A DNA stretch of 64,000 nucleotides from Camelus ferus (lineage: Eukaryota). Of this stretch, positions 36,001-49,141 are shown piece after piece; positions within the stretch are counted from its first letter, which is position 1, and the number at the start of each line of letters is the position of its first letter. Where the stretch lies: the NCBI RefSeq assembly GCF_009834535.1, contig NC_045701.1:32798001-32862000 (forward strand). The letters run 5' to 3'. The translations under genes and the position numbers were made by a program. Under the pieces are notes generated by a model. That model had not been told where the DNA came from, made no database searches, and saw nothing but the letters and a program-made list of their open reading frames with translations.

Positions 36001-36357
36001 CAGGGAGGCTGTCTCAAGGCAGGGTGAGCAGGCAGGGAAAGGAGCTGGTGGCCAGGGCCCTCAAATGGAAAACAGGGGCTGGTGTGGGCCGGTCAGTCAG
36101 GGAGCAAGGCTGACTGAGCTCAGTGCCGGGAGCAGAGCAGGACATGGGACCAGGGGAGGCTGAGGGCCATTGTGGGAGCATCCCAGCCTCCTAAGCTATG
36201 GCCAGTGCTGGTTACAGGGGAAGCCTGCCCTCACCGGAGAGAGGCCCTGGAAACAGGAAACTGAGTGTCCCTGGTATGGCCCCTGACCTCCTGGGTTCCT
36301 GGATTCACCCTCCTTCCGCTGACCTGCTCTTTACTCTGCCGATTGCCGAGGGGTTGA

Positions 36358-36972
36358 TGACAGATGTGGCTTAGAGAAGCTAAGAGGTTCCCGAGGCCCA
36401 GAGAGGACCACTCTGGGGGAGAGAAGGCTGTCCTTTTCTAATGGACAGTCCTTTAGACTCAGCCCTTGCAGAAGGATAAGCACCAAAGACGTGTAACTGG
36501 GAAATCAACTGTAACCCAGAAGGATCCCATGGGGCCTTCCCGGGGGTGGGGGGTGGGGGCAGACCCCTCCCCCATAGGCTCTGCTGGAGCTCCTCTCTGA
36601 AGTACCCAGATAATAGTATCTCCTGCATATTTCCTGAGTTTTTCAGATGCTCAAAACCACCACCAGATTGAAGAAATTAACCACTTGATGATCAAGCGTA
36701 AGTAGCACACAGACCTGGCATCTAAGGATCAACCACCATCAACTAATCAGAGGACTGTGCACAGCTGAGCACACACCCTGGGCCGCCCCACCCTCAGCGA
36801 GCCTTTAAAAAGGCTCAGCTGAAAGCCTTTGGGGAGTTTGGGATTTGAGGAACATGAGCCACGGGTTCTCTTGGCTCGGCCCTGCAACAAACCTTTCTCC
36901 GCTCCAAACTCCAACGTTTTAGTTTGTTTGGACTCACGGTGCGTCGGGCACAGGAGCTTGCATTCAGTAACA
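36358..36972 (+). mobile_element. ERV1-like solo LTR (duplicate of 15209-15823)
   Basis: Same sequence at offset 21149. Confidence 0.6.
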
Positions 36973-37245
36973 CAATGAGACTCTAGACAGACAGCATGGG
37001 ATTTAGGGCGGAGCGAGGCCTGGGGAGAAAGGCAGAAGCAGAACCCCGAGCTGGCAGCAGAGGGCTGCCTGGGGCAGGGCTGTTGCATATCAGAAGTGGT
37101 CGCTGAATAAACAGGAATTCAGTCATCTTTGCTCTAGAGATCCCTTTATTATGGCCCTGCGATCCCACTGCCAACCCCTATGGGATTCTTGCCGCTGCCC
37201 CAGGAAGATGGCCAGCCCACAAAAAGGTGAGTCTCCAGCTTGCTG

Positions 37246-40187
37246 TTAGAGGCGCTTCATTGTTCTCTTTATCCAGGGCAGGAAGTGGGAGACCTTGGTG
37301 AAGACTCCTGGAGGTGTCCCGTTCTGTTTCCCACAGGAGAAAATGCCCTGGACCAGGTTTTTGCACACGAGGGGCCCTCCGGAGTCGCCCTGTGGGCAGA
37401 GAGAGGAAGGACTGAGGGTCCTCAGCGGGGCCCGCCCTCCCTGGAGCCTGGGGCTGGGTGCTGTCTGTCAGGGACCAGGGCAGGGTCCCAGGGCTCCCGT
37501 CTGGCTCTAACTGGTCTTTACTGAGACCCAGGCCAACCTTTCTTCTCAGTCCTCATGGAAACTCTGCTGATAACACAGCTGCCACATGACTGATCCTTCC
37601 GCCCCCTCCACCCTGACCCACTCAGGAAAAATGTCTAAAGTGTGGACTCATGGACCAGGCTGCCCAAGCCCTCGGGCTGAGGAATGAAGATGGCCTCTCC
37701 CCAGCCCCAGACCTTCCCTGAGTTCTGCTCCCCGGGGCCTGTGTGCCTAGATGCTGGAAACCTGACCTTGAAGCTGGTCTTCACCGTGCTCGGGTCCCCC
37801 ACACAAATCTGGGTGGCGCGGCTGTAATAGCCTGGGAAGAGGGATTCGCACACACGATCTTCCTGCACCGTCAGCACTGCCTCCTGCAGAGTGGTGGCTG
37901 GAACGCCCACCGCCACCTGCCCCCAGCCGGCCACACCGCACGCCTGTCCTGGCTTCACCCGGGCCCGGTCCCCGGGCAGCCTGAGGGGCCTCACAGCTGC
38001 CGTCTGCTTGGCCTTTCTCTGCAGCTGATGGGGAGAGACAGGGTCCAGCTCAGCCAGTGGCCTCCGGGCCGGGACACTGCAGTGAGACCGCAGAGCCCTC
38101 GCTCTCACCTGAGCCCCGGGGACAGGTCGGGCGGCCAGGACGGGAGGGAGGAAAGGGACTGGTTGCAGTGGGAGGGGAGACAGTGTGTCTCCAGGAGGGC
38201 AGAGAAGCGGGGAGGTTCCTTACCTGCAGTAACATGATGTCACTGGAGTGGTCCTTAGGATTATAGTCTGGGTGGGGGATGGCTCTTCTCACTGGGACCA
38301 CCTGCTGGGTCCCCTCCTGCTTCTTGATGTTGTGGGCCCCCAGGGTGACATTGATTGAGCTGCACAGAGAGCAGAGAGCGTGTGGGGAGTGTGGTGTCAC
38401 AGGAGGGCCAGCCCCAGAGCCGTGCGGGGTTGGTGACACGGGGGCAGAGCAGGGCTGCAGCTGAGGGGAAATTGAGGCCACAGAAGGTCCTGGGGCGGAG
38501 TGACGCCCTGCCGTGTGCTTCTCAATGACATGAAGGCAGGGACATGATGGAGCTTTCTCAGCAGTATCGTGAAATTTCTCTGAGTTTGCACTTTGACTTC
38601 AATGCGTGCTTTCTTCCTCACTGATGCTGCTTTTGGCCGGTCGGGTCCCCGCCTTCTCACCTATGCGTGTTGCTCTCACCTCTGATCCCCGGACCTCGAA
38701 ACTTACTGCCCTGTTTCTCAGCTTCTCATCACCTTAGTCCTGCCGTCAGATGGTCGTCTGATGAGCTCTCTCGGTCTTGTGTTATGAGAAGCTGCGGGCC
38801 CTCCCTGGGCTCGGCCCCCCGGCAGAGGATGGGGTCCCTGCGGGGGTGTCAGCAGGGGAAGGCTGGCTGCTGCCCCTCACCTTCCCCTGCAGTGAGCAGC
38901 CGTCAGAACAAAGTCCTTCTGCACGAGGACACCGCCACACCGCCTCATCCTCTCCTGATCCAGAAACTGAACGAACGCCATGTAGGGGCGGGAGTGGGGC
39001 TTGGCCTCGTGGCCCCCGATGATCTCCCCTGAAAGAGAGGGCTGGGAGACAGGGTGACGGGGGCGGCTGTGGTCAGGAGCGAAAATCAGGAAGGTGGCGT
39101 TTGAGGTGTGTCCACAGAGCCCTGCAGACCCCAGGGGAGAGTCCTCCAGGTTCTCTTTGCAACAGAGTAACATTTTCTAACCTCAAGCCTCAGACTCCCC
39201 CTCGGAGAAAGGGGGTCAGCTTGTCCTTCACGTCCTGCTTCAGACACGTTCGTGGCGGAGGCAAGGTCTGCCTTCAACGTGGTGGAGCCCCGGAGAATGG
39301 TGGACAGGACTCCCTGATGAGCCTTCGCTCCCTGCGGGTCTCCCTGACTACTCTGAGCCTCTGTTAGCAGATTGATAGGTGTCCTTTTCTAATAATCTTC
39401 CTACGAGCTTACGGAGTGGGATTCTCTGAAATCCTCGTGTCCTAGGGCCTAACACACCCTAGGGTTGCAGTGAACACTCCGGCTGCATGAGTGATAGCCT
39501 CCAGTTGGCTTTTGGCTGAAGTTTGGCAGGGACGGCGCTGGTGGATTCAAGGGCACAGGGGTGGGGAGGGCACTGCCAAAGGCACTGGGGCCACTGAGGG
39601 CCTGGGAGGCAGGGGAGGTGGGACTGGAAGTGGGCTGTGTGGGGCCGGGGCAGAGCTTAGCACCCGGAGAGCTTTGGGTGCTGCCATCCTGCCACTTCTG
39701 ATCCATCGCACCCTGGGCTCCTGTCCTGGGCAGGACCGAGGGGTGGGGGGCCCTGAGAGACTTCACCGGTCCTTGAGCTGGGTCCACTGACCACTCCCAG
39801 CCTGCAGTGACTTCGGCTGAGCTGCCCTTTCCCGGGTTGGAGTGAGGGGTTTTACTTACTTGGTTTTTGTAGCTTCACATCCTCTGCCAAATGCACAACC
39901 CACTTTCCCGGTGTGAGAGAGAGAGAGAGAGGGGCTGTGCCCTGCTAAAGCTTCCAGTGAGCACCCTTCCTTCCTGCCATCCGCCCATGTGAATGTCTGG
40001 GCGGCATCGAACTTGTTTGTCTGGGTTTGGGCCTGGAGCTGGGGTTCAGAAATTGGAGCTGGGCAGGAGGGTCAGGAGAACAGGGGGCTTAGTGAGATGG
40101 ACCCAGGCCCGAGGAATGGGGATTGTCACTCACCTGTCCCCGCCCGGCGGGCAGAAGAACGGCCATCACGAGCAGGAGTGGCTGCAT
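37246..40187 (-). CDS. GZMH: Granzyme H, copy B; same 54-nt exon 1 as copy A
   Basis: Exons 40187-40134, 39028-38881, 38359-38224, 38024-37767, 37389-37246; no difference from copy A seen. Confidence 0.85.
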
Positions 40188-41153
40188 CTTCCCTGAAAGT
40201 CTGCGCAGGTTGAGCTGCTGGTCTTCCTTCCTTCCAGACACAAAGCCCAGGGGACCGGAGGAGGGGAGGCTCAGCCCGGCACAGACTCCTGGGCCGGATG
40301 TCAGCCAGCAACGTGAGGGTCCCTGGTCCCTGCCTTGGGCTGGGTGAGAAGGGCGCTGTCACCACACTTGCCCTCCCACTGCTGAGTCACAAGGTGAAAA
40401 CAAGAAGCAAGCACAAGAGAGTGAAGTCTGAGGTGCGGCCAGCAGAGGGGCTGGACCCCCAGAGTCGGCTCCATCATGAATCAAGAGTGTCCCCATGTCC
40501 CCACTCTTGGTTCTTTTCCATTCAGATGAAATCAGACCCGGATGCCGTTCATCCTAATAGTTACTCTGCACTGAGTGTTCTCTGTCCAGTGTCCAGAGAC
40601 CCGTGTCTCTGATGCCCTTGTCCGTGGCGATCCTGACCTCTTGCGTGCTTCCCCACACTCTCACCCCCGTGGGGCCAGAAGAGAAAGGGAAAGGAAGGCA
40701 CGAGGAGTTCTAAATAGCCCAATTCCAATGCCGACAGAACAGCCGCTTACGAGTCAGTAGACAAAGAGTGGAAGGAAAGACACTTAAGCATTCGTGATGA
40801 TGACTTCGGGGTGGTAGAATTCCCAGTAATTTTTATTTTCTTATTTATATGTTCTGTATTTAAGTGTCTTTCTGTGATGAGCATGTGTTACTTCTATACC
40901 CAAAATGCGTTTTCCCTTAGTGAGACTCACTGACCAATGCAAACATTCAGTAAGCCTCTCCTCCTCAGCCGAGCCTTCTCTCAGGTGCATGGTTTTTGAA
41001 AAAGTTCACTTTCCTGAACAATCTTATATAAAAAAATTAAGAGATGTTGAAAAGTAGAAGAAAAAGTTTGCTCAGTATGCTGTAGGCTGTTAGACACCTT
41101 TGAAACATTAGGAAACCCCTGAGACCAATACTTTTCATTACAATGAGTTTCCT

Positions 41154-41302
41154 NNNNNNNNNNNNNNNNNNNNNNNNNNNNNNNNNNNNNNNNNNNNNNN
41201 NNNNNNNNNNNNNNNNNNNNNNNNNNNNNNNNNNNNNNNNNNNNNNNNNNNNNNNNNNNNNNNNNNNNNNNNNNNNNNNNNNNNNNNNNNNNNNNNNNNN
41301 NN
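41154..41302. other. Assembly gap (149 N), duplicate of 20004-20152
   Basis: N run with identical flanks. Confidence 0.99.
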
Positions 41303-42084
41303 GAGGCTGGCTCAGACCAAGATGGGAGAGCGCCCTGCAGCTCAACTGGGGCTGCAGGAGGCTGAGCTGTCCGGACACCCGAGGCTGCACTGGGCCCTGG
41401 GCCCAAGACTCCAAGCCGGAGCTGGGCCAGGCCCCGGGGCTGGGCCTGGGAACTCTGAGGCGCTCCTGAAACGTTCTCAGGCTTCTGAGCTCTGGCTACT
41501 CTGATGTGGGAGGAAGTTCTGCAGGGGTGAGCTACACTCTTTCAAAGCCTCCCCTCTTCCATTTCTGTTCGGGTGGAGAAGTCCCCCCACCCCCACCCCA
41601 GCGCGTCTCAGGGGATCCTCCTTTGAAATCTGGATCCTCTTACGTTGCCATGTGGCCCTGGAATGTTGGGGTGCGGTGGGGGTGGGGACGAGGGAGGAGG
41701 CGGGAGCGTCCTCTAGATGAGGGTCAGTTTTCCTGAGGAGATGTCTCCGTGTTCTGATGGACTCACAGGCAGCCTGGCCGGGAAGCTGACACTGGGGACG
41801 TGTGATCGGAGGGCGCTGGCTGTCACTGCAACAGGATTTTTATTCCAGAGTTGGAAGGAGGGGTCTGCTGGAGGGGGAAGCCAGGGACAGGCCGGAAAAT
41901 TGAACAGAGGGTTGCCAGACACTCTTGTTACCTAACGAATCTGTGTGGATGAATAAAGGAGGAATCAATGACTTCTGAAGATGACAGTTTATTACATCCC
42001 TGGCAGCCTCCCCTCCATCCCCTTGGCCCAATGCCGTTCTGGCCTCTGCCCCAGAGAAGATGGACAGATCCATCCCGGGGCACC

Positions 42085-44020
42085 TCAGTCTGGTCCCTGA
42101 AGTTCACAGATTCTCATTGTGTTTTGTATCCAGTACAGAAAGCTCGAGATTCTGGTATAGACACTTGGAGGTGTACCATCCTTGGTTCCAAAGGAGACAA
42201 TGCCCTGGGCCACACTGTTACACAGTAAGGGGCCTCCAGAGTCTCCCTGTGGACAGAGAGGGGAAGGAGTGAGCTGGGTCATCTTGTGGTCTGACCCTCC
42301 CTGCCGCCCAGGGGGTGGGTGGTCTCTGTTAGGGGGCCGTGGCTGATATGAAGGTTTTGGCTCCTGAGGTTTCAGCCCAGCCTTGTTCATCCCCCGTTCT
42401 CCTCCCCTAGGAAGTCTCTGCCCATATGTGTGGGACAATCTCCCATCCCCCAGGGAGACAGGACCAGAGACTGGATAGGAGGAAATGTTGCAGACGTGGA
42501 GATACGGCTAGTTCCCACTGCCAGGGATGTGCCCAGGGCTTTGCCTGGATAACGCTGGGGATCTCACCTCAAAACAATTCTCCCTGTTTCTTCGGTTCCC
42601 TGCACATATCTGGGTGGTGGCATCGTAATGTTTGTAGTGATGGATGCATTGCTGGTCTGTTTGGACTTCAAGCTCTGCCTCCTGCAGTTTTGCTGCTGCA
42701 GGTTTGTTCACGCCAAGAAGCCCCCATCCGGCCACACTGCACACCATCCCTGGCTTCACCGGCTCCTTCCCCTGGGGCAGCCGGATGGGGCTCACAGCGG
42801 TGGTCAGGTTGGCCTTCCTCGTCAGCTGAAGGCAGAGGAAAGGCATTCTAACCTACCCATGGCCCACAAAGACTGCAGGGACAGTCGTAGGGTTGCTTTC
42901 TTCACAGCTCTGGGATAATTGAAGGGGTCGTACCGGAAGGAGGGACAGGAGTGAGGTGATGGGGGATGCAAAGCCCTGGGGTTAAAGTGTGTGAGAACCG
43001 GTGCAGCCGCGCGCCCCGCCTGCAGTAACGTGACGTCGTTGGCCGTGTTTTCATCATCATCATCTGGGTGGGGGATGGCTCTTCTCACCCGGATGACCTG
43101 CTGGGTCCCCTCCTGCTCGAGGATGTTGTGGGCCCCCAGGGTGATGCTGATTGAGCTGCACAGAGAGAGAGAGAGAGGGAGGTGGAGTCACAGGCTCGGG
43201 ACAGGGCAGGACTGGAGCGGAGAGAATTCTAGGCAGTGGGGCCCTGGGGCAGAGCATCTCGGTTCTGTCCGCTTGCGGGCAGCCCGGGCTGGGCGGCAGT
43301 TCCTGGAGGGCACTTGGGATGCTGAGTTCTCACAGAGCCCGCCTGCCTGTAAGCCAGTCCGTGCATCTGTCTCACATTTGCACTCTGGGCTCCAGGGCTT
43401 AACCTTGGCTTCCTTCCATCCCAGCTTTGGGCAGTTCCTTTCTCCGCAGGCCACTCGCATTGATCTGTCCCTCTCTCCTCAAAGCCTAGCTGTCCTCCGA
43501 AGAGCTCGTCTGTGTTACTAGGTGGCCCAGGCCTGCGGCCCCTGAGAAGAGGGCTCCCTGTGAGGCGCTGACAGAGGGGCGGGGGCCCAGGCGCTGCTCC
43601 TCACCTGCCCCAGCAGTGAGCTGCTGTCAGCACGAAGTCCTCACGCACCAGAAAACCGCCACAGAGTATAATGTTCCCTGAAGTCTGGATCTGAAGAAAT
43701 GCCATGTAGGGACGAGAATGCGGCTCGGCCTCATAGCCCCTGATGATTTTCCCTAAAAGAAACATCCCAGCCTGCCTGTGTGCTCGTGGAGCATTCGGCT
43801 GGAGCAGGCAGATGGGGTCAGATTTGCTGGTCTCTGAGGGAGTTGGGCACAGTCCAGAAAGCTTCGGCAGGTAGACCATCCAGGATGCGTATGAGCGTAG
43901 TGTCTCAGCAGGTGTGTGCCAGTGTGGGATGGGCCTGGGCCTCTGCGGGTGGGGACAGTCACTCACCTGCGTCCCGGTGGCGGACAGAGGATGGGCTGCC
44001 AGGAGCAGAAGCAGGAGCAG
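42085..44020 (-). pseudogene. Duodenase-like gene, copy B
   Basis: Exons 44020-43967 (54 nt, -1 C), 43752-43605, 43155-43020, 42825-42568 (in frame here), 42246-42085. Same CTG start and GC donor as copy A. Confidence 0.75.
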
Positions 44021-45980
44021 CTCTCCACAAAGGCTGCCCAGTTCTTCCTTCCAGTGTTTTAATCTTAAGTGTCTCCTCCGATGTTGTGGCCTCCATCCTA
44101 CAAGGCTTCTCCGAAATCCTCACACTGCTTTTTGATCAAGTCCCTGGGTCTGAGTGGAGTATGAACTTGTCAGAGCACCAGTAGCTCTTGGCTTGGTGCC
44201 AGCTGCAGCAGCAGAAAACAGGAAATGAAGCTACAAGTAAAGGGTGGTTGGAGATGTTGTATCCGCCAACAGCTGGTCCCCCACCCTAGCAACCTGGGTC
44301 TTATGATAATAGATCAAAGAACGTCGTCATTTCTGTAGTTTACTATAGATCACCAGGGTAATTCTTTATTGAGGCCCCTTTTGTGGGAGACTGTGGGGGA
44401 CACTGGAGATGAGAATCCTCGCTTCTAGGGGAGGAGACAAAACCATCAGTGATCAGACGAGGGTGGTGAAGGCCACGGTTAGAGGGATGGACAGAATGGT
44501 GTGGAGTAATGTTTTAATTACTAAAGAACTGAGTGGTTTGAAAGAACGACATTGCTTTTACCCAGGAGTCTGCATTTTGGTCAGGGTGCAGCGTGGATGT
44601 CTCCCCTGTGCTACCCTTGCTGTCAAGGTGGCTTGAAGCCTGGAAGCTGGAACCACCTGAGGGCTCGCTCACACACACCCAGTGTTTGGTGCTGGCTGCT
44701 CACTGAGCACGTTGGTTTCTCTCCATGAGGGCCTCTCGAGTAGTCTCAGTTGTTTGGTTCTCTGCCAGCATGGTGGTTGGCTTCCTCAGAGTGAGTATCT
44801 CCTACAGAGCAAGCCGGGCAGAAGCTGTGTTGTTTTTATTACCTAGATTTTGAAGTCATATGGCCTCTATTCTACCATATTCCATCTTGGACGATCGAGT
44901 GCTCCCACCAGATTAAAAAAGAAGGGCTACAGACCCCACCTCCCAGCGGGAGGAGCGATGCAGTCATGTACGAGGAACCTGTGGGGTGGAGACAGACAGT
45001 GGCAGTCCCCGCAGAGCACAGCCTACCTCGGTGCTGCAGGTGCCTGTGGTCAGGGCGCTTGAAACCTCTGCTCTACCTCAGCCTAGTCAGAGCCTTTGAC
45101 TAGGCTGGGGTCTGCTCTGTCCAATCCACATATACTGAGAGTGGAAGAAGAACGGCTCTCCCGAAAGTTATTCTCTTTGATGAGTTACTGATACCACGTG
45201 AAGTGGGAAAGGATGCCAGGGAGCCAAGTAGAATTCCCACACCACTGTGCAGAGAATTGCACTTCTAATATCCCTGTACTATTTGCTAAACAAGTTATCC
45301 TGATCATGTCCCCGTAATGGAAAAGGAGGAGAGAGCCATGGAGGTGAAATTATTGTTAGTTCTAAACATCTTGATTGCAAGTCTCTTAAAAAGCAACAAA
45401 ATTATAGCTAAAGAAAAAGCACATTGTCAGTAGTGATTCAGGCTGGAGAGCCACAGCAAACAAGAGCTCGGATGAGGACAGGAAGGACATTCTGCCCAGC
45501 TGAGAAGGAGGAACTTCTCAGGAGATCCACCCCTGCCCTGGGCCTGCTTCCCGGGCTGTGGGAGAGAAATGTCTGCTCAGGAAGGCCCCTCCCTCCCCGG
45601 TGGGGGCTCCGTCCTTGAGTGGCAGCCCCAGACTGTGCCTGCCTGGTGTCCGGGACCCGTGGTGTCATCCCCTCCTCTCTGCCATAGGACACAGGGCAAG
45701 GAGGTAAGGCACTCTGGCCCCAGGACCAGAGAGGTTCCTGTCTTCTCCTGATGGTACTCAGCTTCAGCCCTGGCAGAAGGGCAGGCCCTGGAAAGCCAGG
45801 TGTGGGGGACCTGGGTATAGCTTTGCACGGGGTTTAGGGGAAGTGATGGTGGGAGGGGGAAGAGGAGGAAGCAGAAACCAGCAGAACAGTGTCATTGGCT
45901 TTCGAAGCACAGAGCTGGTGCCTGTGAATGGGGGTCAACAAATAAACAAGAAACCAACTCTTCCTGCTCAGCTAAGAGGC

Positions 45981-45986
45981 TTTATT
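45981..45986 (-). terminator. GZMB polyadenylation signal
   Basis: AATAAA on the minus strand 36 nt after the stop. Confidence 0.65.
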
Positions 45987-46021
45987 CCGTTGCTGGCCCC
46001 CCAACCCAGTGTGATTCTAGA

Positions 46022-49000
46022 TCAGCTCCAGGGAAGATGGCCCGGTTCTTGCAGTTGGAGACTTTTCATGGTTTTCTTTATCCAGGGCAGGAAACTTGAG
46101 ACTTTGGTGCAGGCCCGTGGAGTGGACCCATCTTTTTGTCCATAGGAGACAATGCCCTGGGCCACATTGTCACACACGAGAGGGCCCCCGGAGTCCCCCT
46201 GAGGGCAGAGGGAGGGAAAGGACTGAGCCCGCTCTCCTCCTGGTCCCACCTTCCCTGCCCTCCCAGGCCCCCTGTCGGGGGAGGCCCCACCTTGCATAGC
46301 CTCTACGTAGGAGGTCAGAGGGCAGGGCTGGCTCCCATGGACCCCTTGGCTGCCAAGCCCTGACCCTGGACATTGTCACTGCTTCACTTCACCCCGGGTG
46401 GCAGCTCCTTCTCCTCCCCCAGGTCCCTGATCCTCTCCCTATGGAGGTGCTGTGGGATGGTGGCTCCAGGCTGCTGTTTAAGGACAGGGAAGCAGGTGGG
46501 TGGGGCTGACAGCGCGGAGGACGAGCCCTTAATCGAGGCGTGTTCCAGCTCTAAGAGGCACCTGGTTTTAACTACCACACACTCAGGTAGCACAGTTTTT
46601 TAACACCTGTGCCTCAGTGTGTTGCAAATTCCTCCTTCTGGAGGGGAACCGTTTTGGATTCACTCTAGGTCCTTTGTAGCCTTGCAGAGGCCCTAGACAC
46701 TTCCAGCTCTGGCTATTCCCCTCTTGTCTTCCTGGACAGAAAGATCCCAGCCTAGAGGGTGAGGCAGTCCGCACGACTTGGGTCCTCAGGTCCCAGATCT
46801 CCCAGAGCCAAGCAAGGCATTCTGTCATTCTCACCTTAAAGGAAGCTTTCTTTTTCTTTGGGTCCCCCACACACAGCTGGATGATATTGTTGTAATAATT
46901 GCGTAGGTGGGATTCACACTTTTGATCCTCTTGCACGATCAGCTTTACCTCCTGCAGTGTGTCTGGGTAATTGTTCATCGCCACCGCCACCCGCCCCCAG
47001 CCAGCCACATCGCACGCCTGTCCTGGCTTCACCCGGGCCCGGCCCCCGGGCAGCCTGAGGGGCCTCACAGCTGCCGTCTGCTTGGCCTTTCTCTGCAGCT
47101 GATGGGGAGAGACAGGGTCCAGCTCAGCCAGTGGCCTCCGGGCCGGGACACTGCAGTGAGACCGCAGAGCCCTCGCTCTCACCTGAGCCCCGGGGACAGG
47201 TCGGGCGGCCAGGACGGGAGGGAGGAAAGGGACTGGTTGCAGTCGGAGGGGAGACAATGTGTCTCCACGAGGGCGAGAGAATCGCGGAGGTTTCCTTACC
47301 TGCAGTAACATGATGTCATTGGCATAGTTCCTCTTATTATAGTCTGGGTGGCGGATGGCTTTTCTCACTGGAATCACCTGCTGGGTCCTCTCTTGCTTCT
47401 TGATGTTGTGGGCCCCCAGGGTGACATTGATTGAGCTGCACAGAGAGCAGAGAGCATGTGGGGAGTGTGGTGTCACAGGAGGGCCAGCCCCAGAGCCATG
47501 TGGGGTTGGTGACATGGGGGTAGAGCAGGGCTGCAGCTGAGGGGAAATCAAGGTGACAAAATGGCCTGGAGGCCGAGCTCTCCATACCCTGTTTCTTGGT
47601 AGCCGATGTGTGATTCTGGAGCCATTGTTAAAGGCACGGGAGTTCTCGAGGGTCAGTACCCCCCGCAGGAAAACAGCTGGAATTGCACTAGTTTGCATTC
47701 TGATACCCAGGCATGCCCTACCTTTAGTCTTTTTTGCCTCAGCAATGCCGCTGGCACTGACCTGCCCCTCTCCCCACTGCCCACTTTCTCACCCTCTCAG
47801 GAGCCCTCCCAGCTCATGTGTTCCTAGGAGCCTGGTTGTTCCTGGAGAAAAAGGTAGGACTCCCTGCCAGGGGCTTTCAGGAGGGTGGGGGCTGCTGGCT
47901 GCTTCTCACCTTCCCCAACAGTGAGCGGCGGTCAGCACGAAGTCCTCTCGTATCAGGAACCCGCCACACCTGCTCCGGTCATCCTGATTCCAGATCTGAA
48001 GATACGCCATGTAGGGGCGGGAGTGGGGCTTGGCCTCATGGCCCCCGATGATCTCCCCTGAAGGAAAAGTTTGTCTTGCTTGTTTGCACCCACTGAGTAC
48101 ACCCGGCAGGCTTCTGCCCCATGCTCAGAACTGCTGGGCATGGTGGGGGCCCAGCCTGGCCTGGATTTCAGAGGACTGGGGAGGGTCTTCAACTTCCTCC
48201 TCTTGGTCTGCGAATCTGTTTTCCACACACAACTGAAAGTGAGCATCTTAGGGACAGCAAAGTCCCAGAGGCTTCCGGAAACTCCAATCCTGACTGTGCT
48301 TTGTGTCAGGTGAGTTTCCGGGGGCAATGTTATCCTGTGATGTCTAGGACAGCCCTGCTTTCCAGTGCTGGGGACTTTAGTGTAGGGATCTAGAAGCTGT
48401 CATAGCCTATTTCCCAGGACCTGACATGTAGTCAGTGGCCAGTAGGTGCTGGCTGCATGAAGGAAGGATCCAGTGGGCCTCAGGATGAGGGTGGTTGGTA
48501 GGGCCGGTGCTGGTGGGAGTCTGGAAAGCAGAGGTCAGGTCTGCCAAACAGTGGCTTCATCCTTGAAAGAGAGGAGCCTCTAATGGCCTCGGAAGGAAAA
48601 CTGAGCTGGAGATAGGGACTGAGGGGCCTTGGGACTGAGCAAAGGCAACAGCACCAGCTCCTGGGTCTGCTGAGTTCTGGGCCTCTCTCCTAAGTAGGTG
48701 CTGAGGGGAGCACCTATTTTATCCTCGTGGCAGAAGTCAGGCCCGCTCTGCCCTCTGCAGGGGGAATTTAGTATTTTCTCTTTTCCAGTTTCCAACCCTC
48801 TGCCATCATCTAGAAAAGTTCTGCTTTCCAGATGGCAGAAGTAGGGCCTGAGGAGGGGATAGTACCCACTGGCTCCTCTTGAGAACAGCATTCTTCTCTG
48901 CCATTCCTGCCAGTGGCATCTCCAGCATCATACTTGGGGGTATGAGATGGGAAAGGAGCTGGTGTTCAAAACGTTCCTGGTGGATAGATGGGTCAGGGAT

Positions 49001-49141
49001 ATGCAGAGAGGGAAGGAGATCTGTGCCAAATGGGGGATGTAGTTGGGCCTCTGAGAGTGGGGATGGTCACTCACCTGCATTTGTCCCAGGGGGCAGTAAA
49101 AAGGCCAGTGGGAGCAGGAGCAGGAGCAGGAGCGGCTGCAT
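46022..49141 (-). CDS. GZMB: Granzyme B, complete and intact, 263 aa
   Basis: Exons 49141-49075, 48057-47910, 47435-47300, 47098-46835, 46198-46022 (67/148/136/264/177 nt), all [49 protein letters not shown]. Arg226 indicates Asp-ase specificity. Confidence 0.95.

Larger units (their letters stand above)
28295..46532 (+). repeat. Direct duplicate of 7145-25406 (~18.2 kb)
   Basis: Offset ~21.13-21.15 kb throughout and constant at 21149 for 13.46-19.4 kb. ORFs are duplicated and the same 149-N gap recurs. Confidence 0.97.

Noticed and set aside
46583-47698. 371-aa ORF as a single-exon gene
   Set aside because: It is GZMB exons 3-4 plus intron read-through, begins at a non-ATG codon, and canonical splice sites explain it
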